In this document: piece after piece, positions 46,224 through 54,970 of the stretch
Layout: every line of letters starts with the position of its first letter
How positions within the stretch are numbered: position 1 is the first letter of the stretch
Virus record (IMG/VR): IMGVR_UViG_3300019374_000291
Coordinates: 31,736-95,735 of that record
From: a virus
Lineage: Duplodnaviria > Caudoviricetes
Strand: one strand, 5' to 3'
Length of the DNA: 64,000 bases
Position numbers and translations under genes: made by a program
The notes under the pieces: generated by a model
Databases searched by the model: none
What the model was told of the DNA's origin: nothing
Seen by the model: the letters and a program-made list of their open reading frames with translations, nothing else

Positions 46224-48455
46224 ATGCAGCTTTGTTTTAGCAAATTCAGATTTCGTCAGAAAACAACTCCTAAGCACTTTTATCGTTATCGTATCATCAG
46301 TAAAAATCCATATAGCGACAAAAACAGCTTTAATGGAAATTCGATGAGATATCAAATCTTACAGGTAAAACAAAATCGGGTTAATGGTCGAAAACTGTTC
46401 ATCTACGTTCTTGACAATGAATACCTGTTGACCTATGAAAAAATACCGTTTATTCCGGAGTTTGAGAATGATGCTGAACTGGATTTGGTAAGCGAAAAGG
46501 AGTACTTTCCTATTTCGGAGATCACGCTCGATCTTTATAAAAAATGGACCGAATACTACGTGTACAATCAGATTGTCAGTTATTGCAAACAGAACAGAAA
46601 TGTGTATGATTATCGGATTGAAAACCAGTATTCACAGCTCATACCACTGCCTGATAATTCACTTCAGATTACGATTAAGAGGATTTTTCGCGTAAATACT
46701 GAGGTAATGCCAGATGGCACGGTGTTTTTAGCGGTTGATATTAAATGCGAATTTGAAAGCGCTCTGACAATCTACGATTATATTCAAATGCATAAAGATG
46801 TCAGAGGTTTATCCGTAAAATGTATATGGCAAGGCTTTGACAAAACCTATCAGATAGAAATGGTTCATGATACTCCGATTTCCGAATCGATTGACGGCCT
46901 CAATCTTTACGACTATTGGAATAGCAAAAAGCCGCATCTGTTGAAGAATCTTGATCTGAATGCACCGGCTGTATCTGCGCTGGATGAAAAGAAAAAGCGG
47001 AGTGGGCTCTATATTCCGCAATCTTTGAAGCCAGTCATCACTCGTGAATATATTGCTGCGCATGATAAAACTCTTTCCGCCCAAGTGGATCAGTTTACAA
47101 AGCTGTCTATGAAAAAGAGACTTGAGATCATTCGCTCATTCCTGGATGCTGTTAACAGCTCCAGACAAATAGTCGATACAGCGCCGGTATCAGTATCTGA
47201 ATTTTGTTTTCAGGAGATGAGCCTGGAAACAGATTTACCAACACTATTAATTGCGAACGAGAAAAAAATCAAATTTTCGGAAAAATACAAAGCGTTTACG
47301 CAGGGATTCTATAAGCTACCTGAACAACCTATTCTTGCTGCATTTATGAGCTATGATGAAGAAGCACAAAAAAGCTATGATGTTGTTTCAGCAATCCTTG
47401 ATTACACAAGAGGCACGGTAAACCATATGCAAGATCGGTACGTTAACCCGAATCTGCTCCCTCTGAAGTTCTATGGCAAATCGTTTCATTATAAGAAGGG
47501 AGATCGCCTTTCTTATGAGGAAACGGCACGTGAGATCAGTAAAATCTCCGGTATCAACTTCGCCATTGCTGCCTTGCCGTTAGAACTCGATGAAGAAGAC
47601 TATTATGATGATTCTGTAGCTTCTCCATATGATTCGTTCAAGAAAGTCTTCGCTGATTTCGGTATCCCTTCACAAATGGTATCCCTCAGTATGGTGAAGG
47701 ATTTGGGAAGCAATAACGTAAAGTATCGGCTTCAAAATCTGATTCTTGGAATATTATGTAAGTCAGGTGGAATTCCGTGGATTCTGGAGTCACCTATGGA
47801 TGACGTAGATTGTTTTATCGGACTAGATGTTGGAACACAGGAAAAAGGGATTCACTATCCTGCGTGTTCTGTATGTTTGGATGGCAGAGGAAATCTGGTC
47901 GGGTATTATTCAACAAATGTTGCACAGCACGGAGAAATCATCGATGTGAAATCGCTTGAAACCATTTTCAATCGAGTTTTGACAGCATATAAAGACGCAA
48001 ATGGCTGTTATCCGAAGCATATCGTAATTCACAGGGATGGTTTTTCTCATGAAGAAAGCGCCTGGTATGATTCATATTTTGCCAGACGAGATATCAAGTT
48101 TGATGTGGTTGAAGTAAGAAAGAACATACCTATAAGATTGATGGATATAGAAGCTGTAACTGACGAGATGAACCCAGCGTCCGGTTCAGCAATTATAAGA
48201 GAAAATGAAGCATATCTAATCTCAACAGCAGTTAAGCCGTTTTTAGGAGCCCCGCGACCTTTATTATTAGTCCACCAGAAGGGTGAACTGGCGATGGAAA
48301 GCATAGTCAGACAAATATACGTTCTGTCTGAGATGCACATTGGTTCAATGAGAACCAGCAGATTACCATTAACAACGTTATATGCTGATAAAATATGCAA
48401 GCATCATGACCATGTACCTCACGATACATTGTCTAATAAATTGTTCTTTTTATAA
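46224..48455 (+). CDS. ago: Long prokaryotic Argonaute, CbAgo-like, with an intact DEDD tetrad
   Basis: MID pocket PYDSFKK...IPSQM...K; PIWI GLDVG, QHGE, HRDG, YADK; 743 aa ending LFFL. Confidence 0.95.
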   Translation: MQLCFSKFRFRQKTTPKHFYRYRIISKNPYSDKNSFNGNSMRYQILQVKQNRVNGRKLFIYVLDNEYLLTYEKIPFIPEFENDAELDLVSEKEYFPISEITLDLYKKWTEYYVYNQIVSYCKQNRNVYDYRIENQYSQLIPLPDNSLQITIKRIFRVNTEVMPDGTVFLAVDIKCEFESALTIYDYIQMHKDVRGLSVKCIWQGFDKTYQIEMVHDTPISESIDGLNLYDYWNSKKPHLLKNLDLNAPAVSALDEKKKRSGLYIPQSLKPVITREYIAAHDKTLSAQVDQFTKLSMKKRLEIIRSFLDAVNSSRQIVDTAPVSVSEFCFQEMSLETDLPTLLIANEKKIKFSEKYKAFTQGFYKLPEQPILAAFMSYDEEAQKSYDVVSAILDYTRGTVNHMQDRYVNPNLLPLKFYGKSFHYKKGDRLSYEETAREISKISGINFAIAALPLELDEEDYYDDSVASPYDSFKKVFADFGIPSQMVSLSMVKDLGSNNVKYRLQNLILGILCKSGGIPWILESPMDDVDCFIGLDVGTQEKGIHYPACSVCLDGRGNLVGYYSTNVAQHGEIIDVKSLETIFNRVLTAYKDANGCYPKHIVIHRDGFSHEESAWYDSYFARRDIKFDVVEVRKNIPIRLMDIEAVTDEMNPASGSAIIRENEAYLISTAVKPFLGAPRPLLLVHQKGELAMESIVRQIYVLSEMHIGSMRTSRLPLTTLYADKICKHHDHVPHDTLSNKLFFL

Positions 48456-48485
48456 TAATTCACGATTCTGCTTTAAGAAAGTGCG

Positions 48486-49826
48486 GTGATGAAAATGGAA
48501 AAATGCATATATAATGGTCGGGTTCTCTATGCTTATCAGGTATTACATAACTTTGATTTTGAACAGGAAATTCGTAGTTGTCACGCACTTACATGCTGTG
48601 ACTGTGGAGAACCTGTTTTCTTCAAGCATGGTAAACAACGCGCAGAATGCTTTGCCCATTACAAACGAGAGGATTGTAAATATGGCGAATACTGCAGCAA
48701 GCAAAGCAATATTTTCAAGCACACGCAACGAGAACTATTTGCACCACTCCAACGAATTGCCGAGAACCGTGGCTTTTCCTTAGAAGAGGACGTTATCATC
48801 ATTCATGATCATTACACAGCTTTTGTGCTGAGAAGTGCATCTGTGAATTATGCTATAGATATTATTGATACGGCGGTCACTTCAACTACGCTTGAAAAAC
48901 GGAAAAGGCTCTATGAAGAAGCCGGATATAAATATCTTCAGATTACTGTCGACAAAGATGCAGAGTCACAGCCGTTTTCCGAACGAGAGATGGCGTATTT
49001 CCCTGTGAAGTATTCGCTCAATAAATCATGTAATCATACAGCGATTGTTATTGATAATGAACGTAAGACTTGGTTTATCTATATTCTTGACGGTATGGAT
49101 AAGTCGGATCTTCCTGACTGCTTCTATAATCTGGCTGATTGGTACGAGAACGACACCTTTGCGGCGCCTATATCTTTGATAGATCTCGATATAGATGCAC
49201 AAGGTTTCTTTACACCGTCATCAAGAAAAGCATATGGCGATTTTCGTAACTATAGAAGGACACAGAAGGCAAAATGGTTGAAAGAAGAGTCTGATCGACG
49301 TGAACGCCAAAGAAAGCAAGCAGAAGAAGCACATCGCCAAGCAGAAATAAGGCGTCAAGAATTCGAACGCAGGCTTAAAGAAGAAAAAGAAAAAAGCAGG
49401 CAGGAAGAAGCTGTAAGACGTGCTGCCGCTGAAGCAGCGAAACTGCAAGCAGCACAAGCGGCAGAACAGAAAAGGCAACAGCGGTTAGCTGCCGAAAGAG
49501 CGGAGATAGATCGAATTCATCGCACAACAGGTGCGTATGTCGGCTCAAAAATCAAGGGGAAATATGAGAGGTTTTCACTTGAAGAACTTACATCCTCAAA
49601 ACCTGGAAACTGGCTGCGTGAATACACTAAGGCGGACTTTGAGCAGAAAGTAGCTGAACTCAAGGAACATAAAGCGTCTGCTGTTACGACCTTATTTGCG
49701 AAGCTATGCTATATTAATTCAGCTGAAAAGGCGATTCTGCTTAATATTCTTGATGAATTAGAAGGAACTGATCCTGAGAGCGCGCGTGTTATCAGACATC
49801 TTATGGATAGTGCCGGAGTAAATTGA
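48486..49826 (+). CDS. CoiA-like protein (zinc ribbon, degenerate PD-(D/E)xK fold, coiled coil)
   Basis: CCDCGEPVFFKHG...FAH...C; YAIDII...EKRKRLYEEAGY; E/R/A/Q-rich helix. Confidence 0.65.
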   Translation: MMKMEKCIYNGRVLYAYQVLHNFDFEQEIRSCHALTCCDCGEPVFFKHGKQRAECFAHYKREDCKYGEYCSKQSNIFKHTQRELFAPLQRIAENRGFSLEEDVIIIHDHYTAFVLRSASVNYAIDIIDTAVTSTTLEKRKRLYEEAGYKYLQITVDKDAESQPFSEREMAYFPVKYSLNKSCNHTAIVIDNERKTWFIYILDGMDKSDLPDCFYNLADWYENDTFAAPISLIDLDIDAQGFFTPSSRKAYGDFRNYRRTQKAKWLKEESDRRERQRKQAEEAHRQAEIRRQEFERRLKEEKEKSRQEEAVRRAAAEAAKLQAAQAAEQKRQQRLAAERAEIDRIHRTTGAYVGSKIKGKYERFSLEELTSSKPGNWLREYTKADFEQKVAELKEHKASAVTTLFAKLCYINSAEKAILLNILDELEGTDPESARVIRHLMDSAGVN

Positions 49827-49852
49827 AACAATCATTTGCACACTGATATAAT
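49823..49852 (+). promoter_or_regulatory. Possible internal promoter TTGAAA-N18-TATAAT (extended TG) upstream of sbcD
   Basis: Read directly from the sequence. Confidence 0.5.
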
Positions 49853-50007
49853 TTTAACTGCATAAACAGAACGGAGATATTATGTCAAAGTGCTCAGATT
49901 CGCTACGATCACAGCTTCAAGCTGTTAAAGGCGTTGCACAATATACTAACAAGGATGCGCTTTGCATTTCTTATTAACATGATTAAATCTTCTGAAGGAG
50001 GCTATTT

Positions 50008-51180
50008 ATGAGGTTTTTTCATTTATCAGATCTTCATATCGGAATCAAGCTATATAATTATGATTTACACGCAGATCAAAAGGACATACTTGAGCAAATC
50101 ATACATGCAGCTGAAGAACACCAGCCGGACGCTGTTGTTATTGCTGGCGACATCTATGACAGGGCAATTCCAGGACCAGATGCAGTAGCCCTATTTGATT
50201 GGTTTGTCACGCGCCTTGTACAGGTTCTCCCAGAGGCGGAGATCATGATTATTAGTGGAAACCACGATAGTTCTCAAAGACTGAATCTCTTCCGCAATAT
50301 CCTGGAAACACATCATATTCACATGGTCGGACTCCCGCCGCTTAGTATGGATGACCATATTGAAAAAGTAACTTTGAAGGACCAGTATGGTGAGATTGAT
50401 TTCTGGCTCTTGCCGTTTGTGAAACCAGCAATGGTTCGTAATACACTTGGCTTAGATGAGGATAGCCCCACTTTATCCTATGATAAAACGATCCGTGCTC
50501 TTCTTTCAAGAGAGACTATTGATTCAACGCGCAGGAATATTTTAGTTAGCCATCAGTTCTATATACCATCAGGTAGCAGTCCGGAAGATATCGAGCGTAT
50601 GGATAGTGAAATAACAACGGTTGGTAATATAGACAGTATTGGCTCCGATGTCCTTTCACCTTTCGATTATGCGGCTTTGGGACATATTCATAAGCCAATG
50701 AAAGTCGGCTTACCACAGTTCAATTATTGCGGAACACCTTTTCCCTACTCGATAAACGAGGCTGGTCAAAAGAAAGGAATTGTACTTGTAGACATAACTG
50801 AAAAAGGAAATGAACTTGATATTCAGAGAATTCCTTTGAATCCCATGCATCAGGTTCGGGTAATAAAAGATACCTTAGAGAATGTACTAAAGCAATCAAG
50901 CAGTGATTATGTCCTTGTGGAATTAACAGATAAAGTAGATCTTGATGTCATTGACATGCGTGATCGTATTCAAAGGACTTTTCCGAATCTTTTGAATATA
51001 CGCAGAACGGTCAATCTGACCGATAGAAAAGAAATCAATATTTCAGAGGACGATAATAAGCCATTGGATCCATTTAATATATGCAAGGGTTTCATAGGCG
51101 ATTTAGATGCTGAAGATGAAGATCTTTTAAGAAGTATCATCGATCTTGCAAGAGAAACTGAGAAAGGAGTAGAATCATGA
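50008..51180 (+). CDS. sbcD: SbcD/Mre11 nuclease
   Basis: HLSDLHIG, AGDIYD, SGNHD, SHQF, ALGHIH. Confidence 0.95.
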   Translation: MRFFHLSDLHIGIKLYNYDLHADQKDILEQIIHAAEEHQPDAVVIAGDIYDRAIPGPDAVALFDWFVTRLVQVLPEAEIMIISGNHDSSQRLNLFRNILETHHIHMVGLPPLSMDDHIEKVTLKDQYGEIDFWLLPFVKPAMVRNTLGLDEDSPTLSYDKTIRALLSRETIDSTRRNILVSHQFYIPSGSSPEDIERMDSEITTVGNIDSIGSDVLSPFDYAALGHIHKPMKVGLPQFNYCGTPFPYSINEAGQKKGIVLVDITEKGNELDIQRIPLNPMHQVRVIKDTLENVLKQSSSDYVLVELTDKVDLDVIDMRDRIQRTFPNLLNIRRTVNLTDRKEINISEDDNKPLDPFNICKGFIGDLDAEDEDLLRSIIDLARETEKGVES

Positions 51181-54100
51181 AACCAATTAAACTGAGAATG
51201 CAGGCGTTTGGTTCTTACGGAAAAGAAACAGTCATTGATTTTACGAAGCCTTCTCAGAATCTTTTTCTGATTACAGGAGATACTGGTTCTGGCAAGTCAA
51301 CTATTTTTGATGCTATAGTCTTCGCATTATATGGACATGCCAGTGCATCAGAAGATTCAAAAGAAGGTATTGATCTTCAAAGTCAGTTCGTCAGCAAAAG
51401 TGTTACTCCGTATGTAGAACTTACTTTTTCCGAATTGCGTGGTGGATCAGAGCAAATCTATCGGGTTCGACGAGAACCGTTCCATATGAGGAAAAAGCAG
51501 CGCGGGTTTGGCGAAAAAGAATCACCTGAACAAGTAGAGATATTTAGACCTGATGGTACTCATGCTGTTATGAGTGTGAGCCAGAGGCAGAAGCAGACCA
51601 ATGAAATCAATCAGGAGATAGTAAGCATTGTTGGCTTAACTAAGGCGCAGTTTATGCAAGTTGCTATGATTGCTCAGGGTGACTTCATAAGACTTATTCG
51701 CGCGGATACTAAAGAAAGAAAGCCGATTTTTCGTAAAATCTTTGATACTGGAATCTATGAAAGGATAATTACTGTTTTATCAGAACAATATAAAGAGGTT
51801 GCCGAAATCATAAAGAGCATCAAGAGAGTTGTTCAGAATGAGGCTAATAAAATTAAGATTCCAGCTGATTACTCGGATTATCCTCGTATTGAAGGATTGC
51901 AAAAAAGAATCCTGTTAGATGACAAGTGGTCAACTGTTGAACTAGAGGAATTCCTAGCAGCTCTGCAGCAGCTTTGTGCAGTAGTATCCGAACAATCTAC
52001 CACTATAACAAAGCAAAGAAAAGATGCGGAAAAGAAACGTGATGAAGCACGAAGAAAGTACACAAAGGCAGAGACTCTTCTGAAGTCTTATTCTGAATTG
52101 GAAAAAGCGCAAGCAATTCTTCTTGAATGCAGTCAGCTGGAAGAAGAAATGAAAAAAAAGGCAAAGTTGAAAACTGACATTCAAAAGGCATATGATATCA
52201 GTAGCGTATATGAATTATTAATGAAAGCAAATAAAGCTCTGTCTGATTCTCGGAATGAACTAAAAAAGCTTCAAGATGATTTGCCAGGTTTGAAAAAGAA
52301 AGAAAGTGATGCTGATAAAGCCAAAACGCAGGCGACGGCCGCTTTCATGCAGAAAAAGGATGAGTATACTAGACTGAGCGAATCGGTCAAGAAAGCGCGT
52401 GCCGTTTTCAAAAAACTTAAAGAAGCGTTGGGTGATGAATTAAAGTATCAAAAGCAAGAAAAGACAGCAGCAAAAGCCAAGGAAGAAGCTGAAAAGGAAT
52501 TAAGAGAGTTTGATAAGAAACTCAAAGACTGGAAAGATGAATATAAACAGTTGATGGGGATTGACGCTTTACTTGTCCAAAACCAGCTTGAATGTGATAA
52601 GCTAAACCGTGTTAAGACATGCCTTGAAGCAGCAGAAAAAGCTGAATCTGCCAAAACGAAGCAAAAAAAAGCAGCGGAGGCAGCGCAAAAAAAGTACCTA
52701 GATGCTAAGGCGTTATTCGCGGTTCAACATGATGAGTTTATAGCACTAAGAAATGCATTTTATGATGCACAAGCTGGTCTTTTGGCAGCAACTCTTGAAG
52801 ATGGAAAGCCTTGCCCGGTATGTGGATCACTGACCCATCCCACTCCATGTGAATTAATCACAGAACATCAAGAGCTTACGAGAGAACTCATCGAACAGGA
52901 GAGCGCTAAGGTTGATGAATTGGAGAAGAATCAGAGCGAATTAGCAGCGAAAGCTAAAACAGCATTAGAATTACTTAAAGAAAAGGAAACTCAAGCCAAG
53001 ATAAAGATTGAAGAATTGGTTGCGACATTGCGAGAAGCTGAATTCGAGTTTGCAGAACCAATTACTTTCAAACAGATTAAAGCAATACTTATTAACCGGC
53101 AGACTCAAACAGATGAGCAGAAGACAAAACTTGATCAGGACAAAAAACGGTTCAGTGAATTGAGCGCGCTGATTGATAAATCTTCTCAAGAACAGCAAAT
53201 ACTTGAAGAGCAACTTTTAACAGCAACTAAGAAAAAAGACGAAGCACATGAACGTTTTATTGAAGCACAAGCCAAACGAGAAGAAATTGAAAAGCAACTA
53301 GAATATCCGACAGAACAAGATGCTGATGAAGCTCTTTCACAGGCAGAAGCTTCATACTCTGAAGCTGAAAAACAGTCGAAAGCTGCGGATAAAGCGCAGA
53401 ATTCTGCTAAGAGTAATCGTGAAAAAGCAGAAACAAAGATTCAGGTTCTTGAAAGTCAGACAATTCCCCATCAATTATCGGATGTTGAAAACTTGCAGCA
53501 GCAGTATAATGCGATAATGGAAAAGAATGATCTTCCGGAATCCGAATGGAAAGGAGTGGTGCTTCATCATAAAAAGGAAGAAGCGGAGAGTATTGAAACG
53601 GAACTCGCCGCATTTCGCGACAAAAAGTCCAGTGCAGAGGGCATGGCAAAATCAGCAATAGCAGCTGTCGGTGAGCAACCAAAACCAAATGCTGATGAGC
53701 TGAAAGAAGAAAAGGAACGCTGTGAAAAAGAATACGAGCAAACAGATAAGCTCTATTCTGACATCTCAGACAACTACAAGAACAATAATACAATACTAAA
53801 GTATTTGACTTCGCAAATGGATGATCAGAAAACACAGTTAAGACGATTTAATCGTATAAAGAATTTGCGTGACAAATTAGCAGGTAAAGAAAATGGGGAT
53901 AAGATTGATATCGAAACGATGGTCCAGAGAATGTATCTTGAGCGAATTCTCCATGCAGCCAACAGTCGTTTCTTAGAGATGTCTTCTGGACAATTTGAAT
54001 TGCGCATTATGGATCAGAGCAAATCAACACAAAAAGACCGTGGACTCGATCTTATGGTGTATTCAAATGTGACAGGTTCAGAACGGGAGATTAAAATGCT

Positions 54101-54392
54101 TTCCGGCGGCGAATCTTTTATGGCAGCATTAGCACTTGCTCTGGGAATGTCTGACCAGATTCAACAGAACTCCGCTATCGTTAATCTTGATATTATGTTT
54201 ATCGATGAAGGGTTTGGCTCTTTGGACGCACATTCACGTAATCAAGCGATAAAGGTACTGAAGAATATGGCTGGCGGTTCAAGAATGATTGGCCTTATTT
54301 CGCATGTTACTGAATTAAAACAGCAAATTGATGATAAATTGGTTGTAGAAAGAGATCAAACAGGAAGTCATGCTCATTGGGTAGTATCTTAA
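51177..54392 (+). CDS. sbcC: SbcC/Rad50 SMC-like ATPase
   Basis: GDTGSGKS, CPVCGS zinc hook, LSGGE, FIDEGFG, ISH; ATGA overlap with sbcD. Confidence 0.95.
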   Translation: MKPIKLRMQAFGSYGKETVIDFTKPSQNLFLITGDTGSGKSTIFDAIVFALYGHASASEDSKEGIDLQSQFVSKSVTPYVELTFSELRGGSEQIYRVRREPFHMRKKQRGFGEKESPEQVEIFRPDGTHAVMSVSQRQKQTNEINQEIVSIVGLTKAQFMQVAMIAQGDFIRLIRADTKERKPIFRKIFDTGIYERIITVLSEQYKEVAEIIKSIKRVVQNEANKIKIPADYSDYPRIEGLQKRILLDDKWSTVELEEFLAALQQLCAVVSEQSTTITKQRKDAEKKRDEARRKYTKAETLLKSYSELEKAQAILLECSQLEEEMKKKAKLKTDIQKAYDISSVYELLMKANKALSDSRNELKKLQDDLPGLKKKESDADKAKTQATAAFMQKKDEYTRLSESVKKARAVFKKLKEALGDELKYQKQEKTAAKAKEEAEKELREFDKKLKDWKDEYKQLMGIDALLVQNQLECDKLNRVKTCLEAAEKAESAKTKQKKAAEAAQKKYLDAKALFAVQHDEFIALRNAFYDAQAGLLAATLEDGKPCPVCGSLTHPTPCELITEHQELTRELIEQESAKVDELEKNQSELAAKAKTALELLKEKETQAKIKIEELVATLREAEFEFAEPITFKQIKAILINRQTQTDEQKTKLDQDKKRFSELSALIDKSSQEQQILEEQLLTATKKKDEAHERFIEAQAKREEIEKQLEYPTEQDADEALSQAEASYSEAEKQSKAADKAQNSAKSNREKAETKIQVLESQTIPHQLSDVENLQQQYNAIMEKNDLPESEWKGVVLHHKKEEAESIETELAAFRDKKSSAEGMAKSAIAAVGEQPKPNADELKEEKERCEKEYEQTDKLYSDISDNYKNNNTILKYLTSQMDDQKTQLRRFNRIKNLRDKLAGKENGDKIDIETMVQRMYLERILHAANSRFLEMSSGQFELRIMDQSKSTQKDRGLDLMVYSNVTGSEREIKMLSGGESFMAALALALGMSDQIQQNSAIVNLDIMFIDEGFGSLDAHSRNQAIKVLKNMAGGSRMIGLISHVTELKQQIDDKLVVERDQTGSHAHWVVS

Positions 54393-54434
54393 CCGTGTGA
54401 CCGCAACAAATAACTGAAATGTAGGAGGACAAAA

Positions 54435-54842
54435 ATGAATCAGTTTTTTAATAATCATGACTTGACATTCGACAACCCTATTGTATCGGCATTTAATTCA
54501 TATCTGATGGATTACCCGACTCCTTTTCCGGAGAGCGATGATGACTACTCATTATCGTGTTATATTGAAGAATACACAACTCCCAACGGAATTGCTGCTC
54601 GTCTCAGAGATAAATCTAGTGACAAAAAGATTGAATTTTGGACAAGCCCTAATGATCCGAATGCTATTGAGCAAAAGAGAGGTTTACTTTTGTTTCTGTC
54701 TGAAACAAAGCGAATGAATAATCCTGATTACTTCAAAAAAGACGGAAAAGCTTATATTTTGATTCAGGGCATTTTGCTTAAGGAAATGAAAGATACTATT
54801 GAACTGGCTAGCTATTTTGCAGAATTATTCTATGCTGAATAA
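54435..54842 (+). CDS. Hypothetical protein
   Basis: AGGAGG RBS; AT-rich, co-oriented with sbcC. Confidence 0.7.
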   Translation: MNQFFNNHDLTFDNPIVSAFNSYLMDYPTPFPESDDDYSLSCYIEEYTTPNGIAARLRDKSSDKKIEFWTSPNDPNAIEQKRGLLLFLSETKRMNNPDYFKKDGKAYILIQGILLKEMKDTIELASYFAELFYAE

Positions 54843-54935
54843 AGGCAGAAATCTTCTAGGACCGACTGTGTGAGCAAAATCGCATATCGATGACCTTAAA
54901 GTGCTATTACCCTGACACAGAGCATCATAATATTC

Positions 54936-54964
54936 AACAGGACACCCACATCGGATGTCCTGTT
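54936..54964. terminator. Hairpin between convergent genes
   Basis: AACAGGACA...TGTCCTGTT. Confidence 0.65.
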
Positions 54965-54970
54965 TGCATT

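Larger units (their letters stand above)
40285..54842 (+). other. AT-rich defence island
   Basis: Visible compositional shift relative to the flanks; R-M, WYL, pAgo and SbcDC all on the + strand. Confidence 0.75.
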
